Shown here piece by piece: positions 9,883-21,562 of a DNA stretch of 64,000 bases (positions within the stretch are counted from its first letter, which is position 1; every line of letters begins with the position of its first letter). Below the pieces are notes generated by a model. That model had not been told where the DNA came from. It did not search any database and saw nothing but the letters and a program-made list of their open reading frames with translations. A program made the position numbers and the translations under genes. The stretch is from Acetobacter sp. CAG:977 (GTDB lineage: Bacteria > Pseudomonadota > Alphaproteobacteria > CAAGCB01 > CAG-977). Where the stretch lies: assembly GCA_000434295.1 (NCBI GenBank), contig HF994935.1:564588-628587 (forward strand). Direction: 5' to 3'.

Positions 9883-9944
9883 CGTTGGTAAAACCAACAG
9901 GAACAGGTATCCTGTAAGCCTTTGAAAAATAAAAGGAGGTTGTT

Positions 9945-11363
9945 TTGTCGTCTGCCCGCGAAAATATTTCAATGACCGAACCCGTCCGCAGGCTGTTTTG
10001 GAAGTACGTCCTTCCGACATTGGCGGCTGTTGTCATAAACGGGTTGTACGTTATGGTTGACGGTATTTTTATCGGCAGGTATATCGGGACGAACGGTTTG
10101 GCGGCAATTAACCTGATTTGGCCGTTGTTCGGCGTTCTTTTGGGGTTGGGCGGGATGATCGGCACGGCGGGTGCCGCATTGTGCTTGATTGAGAAAGGCA
10201 GGGGCGACTTTGAAAAAGCGCGCCGCTATGTCGGGAACAGCATCATTTTGCTGGTCGTGTCGGGCATATTTGTTTATTTCTTTTTGCATTATACCGCTTT
10301 GCCCGTGCTTAACCTGCAGATAAAAGACGCTCCGGACGTCCTTGCCAAAGGCATGGAATATGTTTCCGTGTTGCAGGTCGCCGGAGTTTTTACGGTATCG
10401 GCGACGGCTTTTCCTTTGTTAATTCGCAACGACGACCATCCGAATTTGGCTACAAAGCTGATGCTGGCAGGGGCGGTTTCCAATATTGTCGGAGACTGGT
10501 TGTTGGTTGCTCATTTAGAGTGGGGGATGAAAGGTGCTGCATTGGCAACGGTCGGGGCTCAAGGCGTTATTTCCTTGATTTCCTTAGGACATTTCTTTTC
10601 GCGCAGAGCGAACCTGCGCCTGAAACTTAACGATTTAAGGTTTTCTTTGCAAGCGACCGTAAAGACGTCCGTTTTGGGCTTTTCCAGCTTTTTTATGTAC
10701 GTTTATTTCAGTTTTTTGGGAGCCCTTTACAACTATGTTTTTGACAAATACGGCGGATCGGTTTCCGTCGCCGCTTATGCGTTGGTTGGGTATTATTCGG
10801 GACTGTATTATATGTTTTCCGAAGGGTTGTCTGCGGGTATTCAACCCATTGTCAGCTATAATTACGGCGCGGGAAAATATTATAACGTCAGGCGCGTGTT
10901 GCATATGGCGTTAAAAGTCGTGTTCATAAGTGCGGCCGTTTTTATGGCATTTATTTATATCTTTCCGGATTTTTGCATCGATTTGGTAAATTCTAAAGAT
11001 CCCGAACTGCATAAAGCATCCTTGACGGGGCTTCGTTTGCATTTGCTGACATGTTATTTGGAAGCGTTTATTTTGGTCGGCACGGTTTATTTTCAATCGG
11101 TGGACAATGCAAAGACGGCGACGGCGGTTTCATGCGTGAATTTGTTTATTCAGGTTCCGTTCGTTTTGTTGTTACCGTTAAAATGGGGGACAGAAGGGAT
11201 TTGGTTGGCGTATCCCGTTGCGAACGTTCCGCTGGCGTTGTTTGTTTTTATTGCGCTGACAAAGGACTTGCGCCGAAAGACAAAGCGTTTGAAAAAGAAA
11301 CATAAAGAAAAACTTTATGACCGGCTTTGCAAGCGCGACATGCTGAACGTGCAGCCGCAATAA
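9945..11363 (+). CDS. MATE family multidrug/oligosaccharide efflux transporter
   Basis: 472 aa, 12 predicted TM helices, MATE-like pattern; TTG start in track, in-frame ATG ~27 nt downstream is an alternative. Confidence 0.75.
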   Translation: MSSARENISMTEPVRRLFWKYVLPTLAAVVINGLYVMVDGIFIGRYIGTNGLAAINLIWPLFGVLLGLGGMIGTAGAALCLIEKGRGDFEKARRYVGNSIILLVVSGIFVYFFLHYTALPVLNLQIKDAPDVLAKGMEYVSVLQVAGVFTVSATAFPLLIRNDDHPNLATKLMLAGAVSNIVGDWLLVAHLEWGMKGAALATVGAQGVISLISLGHFFSRRANLRLKLNDLRFSLQATVKTSVLGFSSFFMYVYFSFLGALYNYVFDKYGGSVSVAAYALVGYYSGLYYMFSEGLSAGIQPIVSYNYGAGKYYNVRRVLHMALKVVFISAAVFMAFIYIFPDFCIDLVNSKDPELHKASLTGLRLHLLTCYLEAFILVGTVYFQSVDNAKTATAVSCVNLFIQVPFVLLLPLKWGTEGIWLAYPVANVPLALFVFIALTKDLRRKTKRLKKKHKEKLYDRLCKRDMLNVQPQ

Positions 11364-11866
11364 TTTTGGGCATACATCTTTGTTTCTTTGACGATTTGTT
11401 GGCGTTTTTGTTCCAATCCGCCTTTTCGCCAATTCGTATCGTCATAAACGATGCCGAATTCGTCGGCAGCGGTTTTTGCCGCTAAATTAACTTGTTCCAG
11501 ATTTTTATATCTGGACACGCCCAGAACCGAGGTCAGCGTGTCAAAACCGTTTTTTGCGGCATAATCAGCGGCGCGGCGCAAACGCATCAGGAAACAGGCG
11601 GAACATCTTTTCCCGCGTTCGGGTTCGTTTTCCAACCCTTTGACGGCATTCAACCATTCTTGCGGATTGTATTCCAAAGAAATGAAGGGAACGCCCAAAG
11701 AATTGCAAAATTTTTCGTTTTCTTCTTTTCTTTTAAGATATTCCTGCAACGGATGGATGTTCGGGTTATAGAACAGGACGGCGAAGTCTTTTTTTTCTTC
11801 GGCGAACTTTTGTATTACGGCGCACGAACAAGGGGCGCAACAGGAAAGAAGCAGAATTTTTGACAT
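11315..11866 (-). CDS. queH: Epoxyqueuosine reductase QueH (DUF208)
   Basis: N-terminal LLLSCCAPCS motif characteristic of QueH; start trimmed to MSKILLL; 3' end converges on and overlaps the MATE gene by ~49 bp. Confidence 0.7.
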   Translation of the reverse strand: MSKILLLSCCAPCSCAVIQKFAEEKKDFAVLFYNPNIHPLQEYLKRKEENEKFCNSLGVPFISLEYNPQEWLNAVKGLENEPERGKRCSACFLMRLRRAADYAAKNGFDTLTSVLGVSRYKNLEQVNLAAKTAADEFGIVYDDTNWRKGGLEQKRQQIVKETKMYAQNYCGCTFSMSRLQSRS

Positions 11867-11930
11867 GGTTTTATTCAAACAAAAACGGCTCTGAAAAATC
11901 AAAGCCGTTTTATGGAAATGAAAAGTCAGC

Positions 11931-12125
11931 TTACTTTTTAGCGGCGGCTTTTTTAGCCGGAGCTTTTTTAGCGGGCTTTTCTTCGCACGCGCACTTGCAT
12001 TCGCCTTCTTTGCCGCCTTCCTGAACTTCGGCTTCCAGCCAGCAGTCGATTTCGACGCCTTCAGGGCAACCGTTGTTCAGCCAAATAAAGTAGGCTGCTT
12101 CGCGGACTTTATCTTCGTTTGACAT
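11931..12125 (-). CDS. Small DUF2934-like protein (acidic N-terminus, Cys cluster, KKAPAKKAAAKK tail)
   Basis: 64 aa ORF, good coding look, lysine/alanine-rich tail. Confidence 0.4.
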   Translation of the reverse strand: MSNEDKVREAAYFIWLNNGCPEGVEIDCWLEAEVQEGGKEGECKCACEEKPAKKAPAKKAAAKK

Positions 12126-12270
12126 TCAATTTTCTCCCAAAAGAATATTTAATTCGTTGTTGCAGAGCTGTTTTTCTTCTCACGCACTTTATACTTTAGC
12201 GGTTTTTATGGAAAATTCAATTTTTTTTCGCGCAAGGCTCCGTAAAAAAGAAGGAGTAAAGCCTTTTTAT

Positions 12271-12990
12271 TTAAAAGTGAGCTCTTCGTCTGTATCGTTC
12301 GGGGCGTATGTTTTTGGGCGGCAAGGGGTATTTTTTTAAATGTTTTTGCCGTTTCGGATCAGGGATATTGCCTTTAAGAACGATGAACTTTGAAACGGCC
12401 GTTTTATAGTCGGGTAACAATTTTTGTAAAACTTGCCAACGTTCGGTAACCTGCTGTTCGGGGAAATATCTGGATCGTTTTTTCAGTCTGGGCAGCACCG
12501 TTTCGGGGGGCGCGTCAATGAAACGCATTTCGACAAAGTAGCCTTCGTTGATGATGTTGCGGTATAAATCCAAATGTTTCGGATTGGCGTTGCTGTGTTC
12601 GAACAAGACGGGAAATTTTTTGTTGACGGCTCTGTCGAGCAGGTTGTATCCGATCCATCTGGCGGGCAGTTCCCAACGTTCAAAAGCTTTTTTGGGGTCG
12701 CGGGCAAAGTCTTTTTTGTATTCGTCCAGCGATTCCATGATTTCGTCAAAGCCGATATAAAGCAAGTCCGGATGCTTGCGCCGGATTTTTTTGGAACGGA
12801 ACGTTTTCCCGGAAGCCGGCAATCCCGACAGGTTAATCAGGACGGGGCGTTTTTCCGAATGCAGGAAACGGGTCTTTTTTTCGAACAGATTTTCGACTTC
12901 TTTTCGGATTTTATCAGCGTCGCACCCTTCGGGAAGCAAGCTTTCCAAAGACGTTCCGTTCGGGAAAATTCCGCCGGTAACCGAGGCCAT
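12271..12990 (-). CDS. P-loop kinase, zeta-toxin / AAA_33-like
   Basis: Walker A SGLPASGKT at ~res 55, 239 aa, basic C-terminus; no recognisable partner antitoxin. Confidence 0.45.
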   Translation of the reverse strand: MASVTGGIFPNGTSLESLLPEGCDADKIRKEVENLFEKKTRFLHSEKRPVLINLSGLPASGKTFRSKKIRRKHPDLLYIGFDEIMESLDEYKKDFARDPKKAFERWELPARWIGYNLLDRAVNKKFPVLFEHSNANPKHLDLYRNIINEGYFVEMRFIDAPPETVLPRLKKRSRYFPEQQVTERWQVLQKLLPDYKTAVSKFIVLKGNIPDPKRQKHLKKYPLPPKNIRPERYRRRAHF

Positions 12991-13154
12991 CCGTTTTATC
13001 CTTTCCTTAAGGGGAGCGCGCAGTTTTTTCTTGAAAAATTTTTAACCGATTTTTTTTGGCTCGGCAATGTCTTTTAAATCATTTATGACTGGAAAAGGGC
13101 GGAACGATTGTGTATTTTTAGCATATCGAAAACTTAATTGCGGGAAGCAGTCCA

Positions 13155-15269
13155 ATGGGTCAGGAACGAAAAATAAAGCCGAAAAAAACGCCCGTCGTTT
13201 CGGGCAGCGACGTCAAAAATCTCAGCAAGCGCGGGTGGGTTTTGCGCGAACGCAAAAATCATCCGATGGATTATTCGTCCAGTTCTCCGATTACGATAGA
13301 AGCCGTTTCACCCGAGATCGATGCGGGACGCTACGCCGTCAAGCGCGAAGTCGGCGATACGATGGACGTCTATGCCAATATTTTTAAAGACGGCCATGAC
13401 TTGCTCAAAGCAGTCGTTATGTGCCGCAGGGCTGATTCTCAGGACTGGTGGGAAGTTCCCATGGTCGAACTGAATCCCGGCTTGTCGCGTTGGGGCGGAA
13501 CGCTTTATTTTAACGAAAACACCCGTTATATCTACACGATAGAGGCTTGGGTTGACGAATACGGGACATGGCTGGACGGGACGACAAAAAAACGTAATGC
13601 CGGACAAAACGTTGTTTTGGAATTGGTCGAAGGGGCAAATATCGTCCGCAAGGCTTTGGAACGTTTAGAAAGTATGACTGATGTGCGCGATCCCGCGGCA
13701 CAAAAGACGGATGCCGAATTGCTCAGAGACGTGTTGACCCGCTTTGATGCTTCCGAAGACGAATACGAATGTGCGAACCTTTTGATGTCCGAAGCCGTCG
13801 TGGCGGCGATGGACCGTTGGCCGGACAGGGAAAAGTCGTGCCGTTACGATCGCGAACTGGAAGTTTGGGTTGATCGCGAACGGGCTCGTTTCGGGGCTTG
13901 GTACGAGATGGACGCCCGTTCTCAGGGCAGTGTTCCCGGCGTTCACGGCACGTTCAAAGACTGTGAAGCGCGTCTTCCCGAAATTAAAGAAATGGGCTTT
14001 GACGTCGTTTATCTGATGCCGATTCATCCTATCGGCTATACTCACAGAAAAGGCAAAAACAACTCGTTGGTTGCCGAACCCGGAGATGTCGGCAGCCCGT
14101 ACGCCGTCGGCAGTAGCGAGGGCGGACACCGTTCCGTGCATCCTCAGTTGGGCACGATGGACGATTTCCGTTCTTTTGTACGCCGTGCACGCGAATTGGA
14201 AATGGAAGTCGCTTTGGATTTTGCCATTCAATGTTCTCCCGACCATCCGTGGATCAAGGAACATCCGGAATGGTTTGATTTCCGTCCCGACGGCACGATT
14301 AAATACGCGGAAAACCCGCCGAAGAAATATCAGGACATCGTGAACGTCGATTTTTATTGTGCGCAATCAGAATCGTTGTGGAAAGAACTGCGCGATACGT
14401 TTTTGTTTTGGGCAGACGAAGGAATACGCATTTTCCGCGTAGACAACCCGCATACGAAATCCGTTCCGTTTTGGGAATGGGTTATCCGCGAAGTCCAAAC
14501 AAAATATCCCGACACGATCTTTTTGGCAGAGGCGTTTACAAAACCGCCGATGATGAAGATGTTGGCAAAAGTCGGTTTTTCACAGTCGTACACTTACTTT
14601 ACCTGGCGCGAAAGCCGTGCGGATTTGGAAGCATACATGACCGAACTGACTCAGTCGGACATGAAAGAATACATGCGTCCGAATTTGTTTCCGACGACGC
14701 CGGATATTATGCCGTTTTATTTGCACGATGCTTCCAGAGCGTCGTTTATCATCCGTTTTATTTTAGCTGCGACGCTTTCTCCGTCGTACGGGATGCTGAA
14801 CGGTTACGAATTGTGCGAGAACGAAGGATTGTGGGGCAAAGAGGAATTTGATCATTCCGAAAAATACGAAATCAAAGTCCGCGATTGGAACAAAGAAGGC
14901 AACATCAAAGACCTGATTGCCAAGATTAACTGGATCCGCGGCGAGAATCGGGCTTTGCAACTATACGAAAACCTTCGTTTTTACGGTTCCGAAAATCCGA
15001 ACATCATGTTTTACGGCAAGATGACGGACGATCGTTCAAACATGATCTTTACGGCGATCAGTCTTGACCCGCATCAGGGGCAATCCGGCAGGATTTGGTT
15101 CCCGTCCGAAGATATGGGAGTGCCTCCCGGCGGTCGTTTTTGGGTTGAAGAGCTGTTAAGCGGTCGCCAATATGAAGTTCGCGGTTCGGAAATGTGGGTC
15201 AATCTGTATCCTGCGGGCAACCAAGCCGAGATATATCGCATTACGCCGATTGACCGCTTCGGGTATTAA
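13155..15269 (+). CDS. glgE: Alpha-1,4-glucan:maltose-1-phosphate maltosyltransferase
   Basis: 704 aa; N-terminal DAGRYAVKREVGD (GlgE N-domain), GH13 catalytic core (FRVDNPH, ..LAEAFT..). Confidence 0.8.
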   Translation: MGQERKIKPKKTPVVSGSDVKNLSKRGWVLRERKNHPMDYSSSSPITIEAVSPEIDAGRYAVKREVGDTMDVYANIFKDGHDLLKAVVMCRRADSQDWWEVPMVELNPGLSRWGGTLYFNENTRYIYTIEAWVDEYGTWLDGTTKKRNAGQNVVLELVEGANIVRKALERLESMTDVRDPAAQKTDAELLRDVLTRFDASEDEYECANLLMSEAVVAAMDRWPDREKSCRYDRELEVWVDRERARFGAWYEMDARSQGSVPGVHGTFKDCEARLPEIKEMGFDVVYLMPIHPIGYTHRKGKNNSLVAEPGDVGSPYAVGSSEGGHRSVHPQLGTMDDFRSFVRRARELEMEVALDFAIQCSPDHPWIKEHPEWFDFRPDGTIKYAENPPKKYQDIVNVDFYCAQSESLWKELRDTFLFWADEGIRIFRVDNPHTKSVPFWEWVIREVQTKYPDTIFLAEAFTKPPMMKMLAKVGFSQSYTYFTWRESRADLEAYMTELTQSDMKEYMRPNLFPTTPDIMPFYLHDASRASFIIRFILAATLSPSYGMLNGYELCENEGLWGKEEFDHSEKYEIKVRDWNKEGNIKDLIAKINWIRGENRALQLYENLRFYGSENPNIMFYGKMTDDRSNMIFTAISLDPHQGQSGRIWFPSEDMGVPPGGRFWVEELLSGRQYEVRGSEMWVNLYPAGNQAEIYRITPIDRFGY

Positions 15270-15382
15270 GAAGGTACGGCGCACTAAAAAGTGATGAAAC
15301 ACACAAAAAACAGTTTCTTATTTTTAACGGGTGCGCCATACTATGAAATCTTTAGTTCCGACGAACGTTTGAGGGAAAGCTG

Positions 15383-16975
15383 ATGGTATCAGGTTTGAAA
15401 GCGGGAGAGATTATCCTTGTAGATTCGGACAAACTCTCCAAGTTGTTTGAAAGCGAGCTTTTTAAGGAAGCCTTATGCTCGCATATGCCCCATTTTTTAC
15501 CGTCGAAAAGATGGTACGGAGCAAAAGATGATGTTATCAATTCCGTAATGATTGAAAACGTATTTTCGCTGAATGATGAGGAAGATACGTTCTTTTTGAT
15601 TGTGCGCGTGTCGTTGCAGGAAGCGGAGAAACAGTTTTATTCTATTCCCGTTCGTTTGGCGTGGGAGGACGGCGCAAAGAAGATTTTTGAAGCCCAGCCT
15701 CAGTCGGTGATTGCGACGGTATGTTACGGGACAAAGCTCGGCATTGTTTATGATGCGGTCGGATCGAAAGATTTTGCGACGGCGATTTTGTCTTTGATGT
15801 GCAAAGATTCCGAAACGGATGTCGGTGACGGAGCTTTTTTGGCGGCTTCGGCGACAAAGGCGGGTAAAGAACTGATTAAATCGGTAGAGGGCGCGTCTCA
15901 AAAGCTGTTGGGCGTTGAACAAAGCAACAGCTCGATTGTCGTTGGCAAAAAGATAATATTAAAGATGTATCGTCGCGTTGCCGTGGGCAATCATCCCGAA
16001 ATTGCGACGACGAGCTTTTTAACCGAAGAAGCCGGATTTAAAAACACGCCGGCGTACTTGGGCGACATTGAATTGAAGTTGAAGGCCGGTCGTCCGATGG
16101 CATTGGGCATTTTGCAGGCGTTCGTACCGAATCAGGGCGACGGTTGGAACTATACGATGGATTACCTGAAGAAGTTTTTTGCCGATGCTTTGGATAAAAA
16201 GGCGGGGGGAGACTATCACGCTGATTATTTAAAGATGGTGGAAACTTTGGGCAAGCGCACGGCGGAAATGCATAAGGCTTTTGCCAAAGGTAAGGACGCC
16301 GTTTTTGCGCCCGTTCCCGTGGAAGCGGGAGATTTGGAATCCTGGACGGAACAGGTTTTGGCTCAGGCGGAAAAAACGTACGGCGTTATGAAGAACGGCT
16401 TGGGCAACCTGAGCGGCGAAATAAAGGAAAATACGGAAAACCTTTTAGCTCATTGGTCCGTTTTAACCGACAGGATTAAAGCGCTTGTTCCCGAAAACGT
16501 CAAAGCGATGAAGACGCGTTTTCACGGCGACTATCATTTGGGACAGGTTGTTGTCGCGGACAAAGACTTTTATATTCTGGATTTTGAAGGGGAGCCGTTG
16601 CGCCCTCTGATGGAACGGCAAATCAAACACACGGTGTTGAAAGACGTGGCGGGCATGGTTCGTTCGTTTGATTATGCGGCGTTCGGAGCCGTATTGATGT
16701 TTGTCGTTCCGGAACACCGGGCGATTATCACGCCGCTGGTTTCGGATTGGCAGGAACGTGCGACATCGGCATTTTTGAAGGGGTATTTCGACAATATGCA
16801 AGGATGTCCGTCTTTGCCGGATAATAAACAGACGACACAGGATATCCTGGACTTGTTTGTTTTGGAAAAAGCGCTGTACGAAGTTATATATGAAGTGGCA
16901 AACCGTCCCGATTGGGTGGCTATTCCTTTAAACGGTATGCTGAGATTGATAGACCTTAACGGAGAACGCAAGTAA
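15383..16975 (+). CDS. mak: Maltokinase (maltose 1-kinase), stand-alone, with ~80 aa N-terminal extension
   Basis: Aminoglycoside-phosphotransferase-like [11 protein letters not shown] and DFEGEP motifs; position between glgE and glgB. Confidence 0.65.
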   Translation: MVSGLKAGEIILVDSDKLSKLFESELFKEALCSHMPHFLPSKRWYGAKDDVINSVMIENVFSLNDEEDTFFLIVRVSLQEAEKQFYSIPVRLAWEDGAKKIFEAQPQSVIATVCYGTKLGIVYDAVGSKDFATAILSLMCKDSETDVGDGAFLAASATKAGKELIKSVEGASQKLLGVEQSNSSIVVGKKIILKMYRRVAVGNHPEIATTSFLTEEAGFKNTPAYLGDIELKLKAGRPMALGILQAFVPNQGDGWNYTMDYLKKFFADALDKKAGGDYHADYLKMVETLGKRTAEMHKAFAKGKDAVFAPVPVEAGDLESWTEQVLAQAEKTYGVMKNGLGNLSGEIKENTENLLAHWSVLTDRIKALVPENVKAMKTRFHGDYHLGQVVVADKDFYILDFEGEPLRPLMERQIKHTVLKDVAGMVRSFDYAAFGAVLMFVVPEHRAIITPLVSDWQERATSAFLKGYFDNMQGCPSLPDNKQTTQDILDLFVLEKALYEVIYEVANRPDWVAIPLNGMLRLIDLNGERK

Positions 16976-19185
16976 TGAAAAACTATTTGGATCAAGGAAT
17001 TGTCGAGGCTCTGGTATCTTCGGGTTACGGAGACCCGTTCTCCATATTGGGGATGCATCGCGGAGACGTTGACGGTGCGCTGTTAATCAGGACGTTTCAG
17101 CCTCAGGCTCAAAACGTCTACATATTGGAATACGACACAGGCAAAGTTATTGCTCAGATGGAAAAAATCCACAGTGCGGGACTGTTTCAATACGAGTTTG
17201 GCGAAGACGTCAAAGACTTTTTTAAATACCGTTTGCGCATAGATTTGTGGAACGGCGGTTCGTATGATACGGAAGACGCCTACCGTTTCGGTCCCGTTTT
17301 GGGGGATATGGATATTTATTTCTTGTCCGAAGGGACGCATCTTGACGAATATCACCGTTTGGGGGCGCATCCGATTGTTTTGGACGGCGTTTCCGGTGTC
17401 AGTTTTGCGGTATGGGCGCCGAATGCGCGCCGCGTCAGCGTTGTCGGCACGTTTAACGAATGGGACGGTCGCCGCCATTTGATGCGTCCGCGCGGGTCTT
17501 CCGGCGTTTGGGAGTTGTTTATTCCGCATATTGCCGCAGGCGTTATGTATAAATACGAATTAATGGGACCCGAAGGAAATCTGTTGCCCTTGAAAGCCGA
17601 TCCGTTTGCATTTTATGCGGAAAAACGCCCGTCAACGGCTTCGGTCGTGTACGATCTTGATAAGTATGAATGGAAAACAAAGGGCTGGGAAAAGAAACGC
17701 GGCGCCGTTAACGATATGGGGGCTCCGATTTCGATTTATGAAGTCCATTTAGGGTCTTGGCGCCGCAATCCCGACGAAGGGATGCGTTATTTGACGTATA
17801 AGGAAATGGCAAAAGAGCTTGTCGATTACGTCAAAGACATGGGCTTTACGCACGTTGAATTTTTGCCGGTCAGCGAACATCCGTTTGACGGGTCTTGGGG
17901 GTATCAGACGACGGGGCTTTATGCGCCGACCAGCCGTTTCGGCACGCCCGATGAATTCCGTGAATTGGTAGACGCTTTGCACGGTGCGGGCATCGGCGTT
18001 TTGATTGACTGGGTTCCCGGACATTTCCCCAAGGATTCTTTCGGATTAGCCAATTTTGACGGTACGGCGCTGTATGAACATGCCGATCCGCGCCGCGGCG
18101 AACATAAAGATTGGGGAACGAAGATTTACAATTACGGACGCCGCGAAGTCAATAACTTCTTGGTTTCCAATGCGTTGTTCTGGAACAAGGAATATCAAAT
18201 CGACGGATTGCGCGTTGATGCGGTTGCTTCGATGCTGTATTTGGATTACAGCCGCAAGCCGGGAGAGTGGATACCCAATGAATTCGGCGGACACGAAGAT
18301 TTGGAAGCCGTTGCCTTCCTGCGCCGCGTAAACGAGCTTGTCTATGAAAACGCGCCCGGTGCGGCGACGTTTGCCGAAGAATCGACGGCATGGCCGATGG
18401 TTTCCCGTCCGACATACATGGGCGGCTTGGGCTTCGGTTATAAGTGGAACATGGGCTGGATGCACGATACGTTGGAATATATGAGCAAAGATCCGATCTA
18501 TCGCCGCTACCACCACAACAAAATGACGTTCGGCATGATTTATGCCTTTAACGAAAACTTTGTTTTGCCGTTGTCTCACGACGAAGTCGTTCACGGCAAA
18601 GGGTCTTTGTTGAACAAGATGTCGGGCGACCGTTGGCAGAAATTTGCAAACCTTCGCGCGTACTACGGCTTTATGTACGGACATCCCGGCAAGAAACTGT
18701 TGTTTATGGGCAACGAATTTGCCCAAGACCGCGAATGGGATTGCGACAGCTCTTTGGGGTGGCATTTGTTGAACGATCCGATGCACAGAGGCGTTCAAAA
18801 TGCGGTGCGCGATCTGAACAAAGTTTATCGGGAAACGCCTGCGCTGTATCAGCACGATTTTGATTCGTCGGGTTTTGAATGGATTGACGCGGATAATGCG
18901 GACGAAAGCGTGTTCAGCTTTATTCGCCGCGGCGACAATCCGAACGATTTCGCCGTTGTGATCAGCAACTTTACGCCGGTTCCGCGCGAAAACTTCCGCG
19001 TCGGCGTACCGCACGGGGGCAAGTATGTTGAAATATTCAACTCGGATGCGGAAATTTACGGCGGCAGCGGCATGGGCAATCCGAACGGAGTGGAAGCTTC
19101 GGAAGAAGGGTGGAACTTCCGTCCGAATTCGATTTTTGTTACGTTGCCGCCTTTGGCGACAATTATATTGGTGCCGCAGGGCTAA
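16975..19185 (+). CDS. glgB: 1,4-alpha-glucan branching enzyme
   Basis: 736 aa GH13_9; [22 protein letters not shown], ..FMGNEFAQ.. motifs. Confidence 0.92.
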   Translation: MKNYLDQGIVEALVSSGYGDPFSILGMHRGDVDGALLIRTFQPQAQNVYILEYDTGKVIAQMEKIHSAGLFQYEFGEDVKDFFKYRLRIDLWNGGSYDTEDAYRFGPVLGDMDIYFLSEGTHLDEYHRLGAHPIVLDGVSGVSFAVWAPNARRVSVVGTFNEWDGRRHLMRPRGSSGVWELFIPHIAAGVMYKYELMGPEGNLLPLKADPFAFYAEKRPSTASVVYDLDKYEWKTKGWEKKRGAVNDMGAPISIYEVHLGSWRRNPDEGMRYLTYKEMAKELVDYVKDMGFTHVEFLPVSEHPFDGSWGYQTTGLYAPTSRFGTPDEFRELVDALHGAGIGVLIDWVPGHFPKDSFGLANFDGTALYEHADPRRGEHKDWGTKIYNYGRREVNNFLVSNALFWNKEYQIDGLRVDAVASMLYLDYSRKPGEWIPNEFGGHEDLEAVAFLRRVNELVYENAPGAATFAEESTAWPMVSRPTYMGGLGFGYKWNMGWMHDTLEYMSKDPIYRRYHHNKMTFGMIYAFNENFVLPLSHDEVVHGKGSLLNKMSGDRWQKFANLRAYYGFMYGHPGKKLLFMGNEFAQDREWDCDSSLGWHLLNDPMHRGVQNAVRDLNKVYRETPALYQHDFDSSGFEWIDADNADESVFSFIRRGDNPNDFAVVISNFTPVPRENFRVGVPHGGKYVEIFNSDAEIYGGSGMGNPNGVEASEEGWNFRPNSIFVTLPPLATIILVPQG

Positions 19186-19209
19186 AGCTGAATTCGGAGT
19201 TTTGCCCTG

Positions 19210-21546
19210 ATGAATACCGGTATGCGCGTTTTCCCCGGCAAGCCTTATCCTTTGGGGGCGACATGGGACGGACGCGGCGTTAATTTTGCGTTGTTTTCGG
19301 CAAATGCCGAAAAAGTTTTGTTGTGCTTGTTTGATCCGACGGGGACGCGCGAAGTCCAAAGGATAGCGCTTCCCGAACGGACGGACGAAGTTTGGCACGT
19401 TTATTTGCCGAACGTAGAGCCCGGTCAATTGTACGGCTATCGCGTTTTCGGACCGTATGATCCAGAACGCGGCCACCGTTTTAATCATAACAAGCTGTTG
19501 TTGGATCCGTACGCCAAAGCCATCACGGATAATCTGAGCTTTCAAGAAACGATGCTGGGGTTTCGTTTCGGCAGCCCTAAGGCGGATATGTCTTTTGACC
19601 GCAGAGACAGTGCTCCGTTTGTTCCGAAGTGTATCGTTGTGGACGATTCTTTTTATTGGAACGGAGATAAAATCCCGCAAACGCCTTGGAACGAAACAGT
19701 CATTTATGAGACGCACTTAAAAGGTTTTACGTTTAAAAATCCCGAAATCGAAGAGCATATCCGCGGAACGTTTGCCGGTATGGCGGCTCCTGAGGCGGTC
19801 AATTACTTAAAAGGTCTGGGGATTACGTCCGTTGAACTGTTGCCGATACAGGCTTTTTTTTCGGGCAAGCATTTAAAAGACGGAGGTTTGTCGAATTACT
19901 GGGGCTATGATCCGCTTTGTTATTTTGCGCCTCAGCCGTCATACATGGCGGGACGAAATATTTCCGAAGTCAAAGATATGGTTCGCGTATTCCATGATGC
20001 CGGTATCGAAGTCCTGATGGACGTCGTTTATAACCATACGGGCGAAGGCAATCAAATGGGACCGACTTTGTGTTTCCGCGGCATTGACAATGCGGTTTAT
20101 TATCGTCTGCAGTCGTCAAATCCGAGATATTATGATGACACGACGGGATGCGGTGCTTCGTTTAACGTTGAACATCCCCGAGTTACTCAGCTGGTTATGG
20201 ATTCGCTGCGCTACTGGGTCGAAAATATGCATATAGACGGTTTCCGTTTCGATTTGGCTCCGACTTTGGCCAGAACGGCAAAGGGCTTTACGCAAAATGC
20301 GGGCTTTTTGACGGCTGTTCAGCAGGATCCCGTCTTGCAACGTGTCAAAATGATTGCAGAGCCTTGGGATATCGGTCTTGGCGGATATCAGTTGGGGGCT
20401 TTTCCGCCGGGGTGGGCGGAATGGAACGACCGTTTCCGCGATACCGTCCGTTTGTTTTGGAAAGGCGATAAGGGACAGATCGGTAATATGGCTTCCCGAC
20501 TGACGGGATCCAGCGAAACTTTTAACTATCGCGGTCGCCGCCCGTGGACCAGTATCAATTTTGTTACGGCTCATGACGGATTTACGTTGCGCGACGTCGT
20601 CAGTTATAACGAAAAACACAACATGGCGAACGGAGAAAATAACCGCGACGGTACCGATAATAACCGCAGCTGGAACAGCGGAGTGGAAGGAGAAACTTCG
20701 GATCCCGCCGTTTTAAGTTTGCGCCGGCGCCGAATGCGGGGCATGATGGCGACGCTTTTATTGTCTTTGGGGACACCGATGATGGTGGCCGGCGACGAAT
20801 TTTGCCGCACGCAAAAGGGCAATAACAACGCTTACTGTCAGGACAGTCCGATCAGCTGGCTGAATTGGGGCGATATCACGGAACAGGATGCGGCATTTCG
20901 GGATTTTGTAAAGTTTTTGCTGAAGCTGCGTTCGGAACATTGGGTGTTTCGCCGCAAGAGGTATTATTCGGGCAAAAAATCGTCCGAAACGGAAATCAAA
21001 GACATTACTTGGATGACGCCCGAAGGCTTGGAAATGTCGTCTTCGGATTGGGATAAACCGTATGCGCAAAGTTTGTCGGCTTTGTTGTCGGGTGCGCTGA
21101 ATGCCAGCTTTTGCAATGATGAAGGCTTGTTTTCGTCGGACAATCACTTTTTTATGATTTTAAACGCCTATGACGAAGAAATCGAATGGACGTTGCCCGA
21201 ACTGAAAAAGCAAATGCCGTGGCGGCTGATTTTGGATACGTCTCGGGATAATTCCATCGTGCAAGGCGAAAATTTCGAAGCAGGCAGCCTTTATAATGTT
21301 CCGGCATGGTCGTTTTTGCTGTTTGACACGCCCGTTTCCGAAGAGGAAAAAGCCGAATTGCATGCGAAACAGGGCGCGACGGGGATTTTGGGTAACTTTA
21401 ACCAAAAAGCTTTGGCCGGACGTTTGGTCGCGACGCCGGAAGATCTGGACAGGCTTGACTTTTTAATGTACGGACCGATGGGACCCGTCGCGACGCCGGA
21501 CGATTTCGACGACGATACGGACGAAGGTTTCACCAAACTGATTTAA
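19210..21546 (+). CDS. glgX: Glycogen debranching enzyme (isoamylase-type)
   Basis: 778 aa; YNHTGEGN, DGFRFDLA, EPWDIG motifs. Confidence 0.85.
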   Translation: MNTGMRVFPGKPYPLGATWDGRGVNFALFSANAEKVLLCLFDPTGTREVQRIALPERTDEVWHVYLPNVEPGQLYGYRVFGPYDPERGHRFNHNKLLLDPYAKAITDNLSFQETMLGFRFGSPKADMSFDRRDSAPFVPKCIVVDDSFYWNGDKIPQTPWNETVIYETHLKGFTFKNPEIEEHIRGTFAGMAAPEAVNYLKGLGITSVELLPIQAFFSGKHLKDGGLSNYWGYDPLCYFAPQPSYMAGRNISEVKDMVRVFHDAGIEVLMDVVYNHTGEGNQMGPTLCFRGIDNAVYYRLQSSNPRYYDDTTGCGASFNVEHPRVTQLVMDSLRYWVENMHIDGFRFDLAPTLARTAKGFTQNAGFLTAVQQDPVLQRVKMIAEPWDIGLGGYQLGAFPPGWAEWNDRFRDTVRLFWKGDKGQIGNMASRLTGSSETFNYRGRRPWTSINFVTAHDGFTLRDVVSYNEKHNMANGENNRDGTDNNRSWNSGVEGETSDPAVLSLRRRRMRGMMATLLLSLGTPMMVAGDEFCRTQKGNNNAYCQDSPISWLNWGDITEQDAAFRDFVKFLLKLRSEHWVFRRKRYYSGKKSSETEIKDITWMTPEGLEMSSSDWDKPYAQSLSALLSGALNASFCNDEGLFSSDNHFFMILNAYDEEIEWTLPELKKQMPWRLILDTSRDNSIVQGENFEAGSLYNVPAWSFLLFDTPVSEEEKAELHAKQGATGILGNFNQKALAGRLVATPEDLDRLDFLMYGPMGPVATPDDFDDDTDEGFTKLI

Positions 21547-21562
21547 TGCAAAGGGGAAAACA

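Noticed and set aside
11315-11363. 49-bp convergent overlap of queH 3' end with the MATE gene 3' end as a regulatory antisense feature
   Set aside because: It is more likely that the queH C-terminus is short and the ORF runs on into the neighbour's stop region. There is no supporting structure.
18046-19716. 556-aa minus-strand ORF antisense to glgB
   Set aside because: Arg/Ala/Val-rich composition typical of the antisense frame of a GC-richer gene. glgB on the plus strand has unambiguous GH13 motifs.
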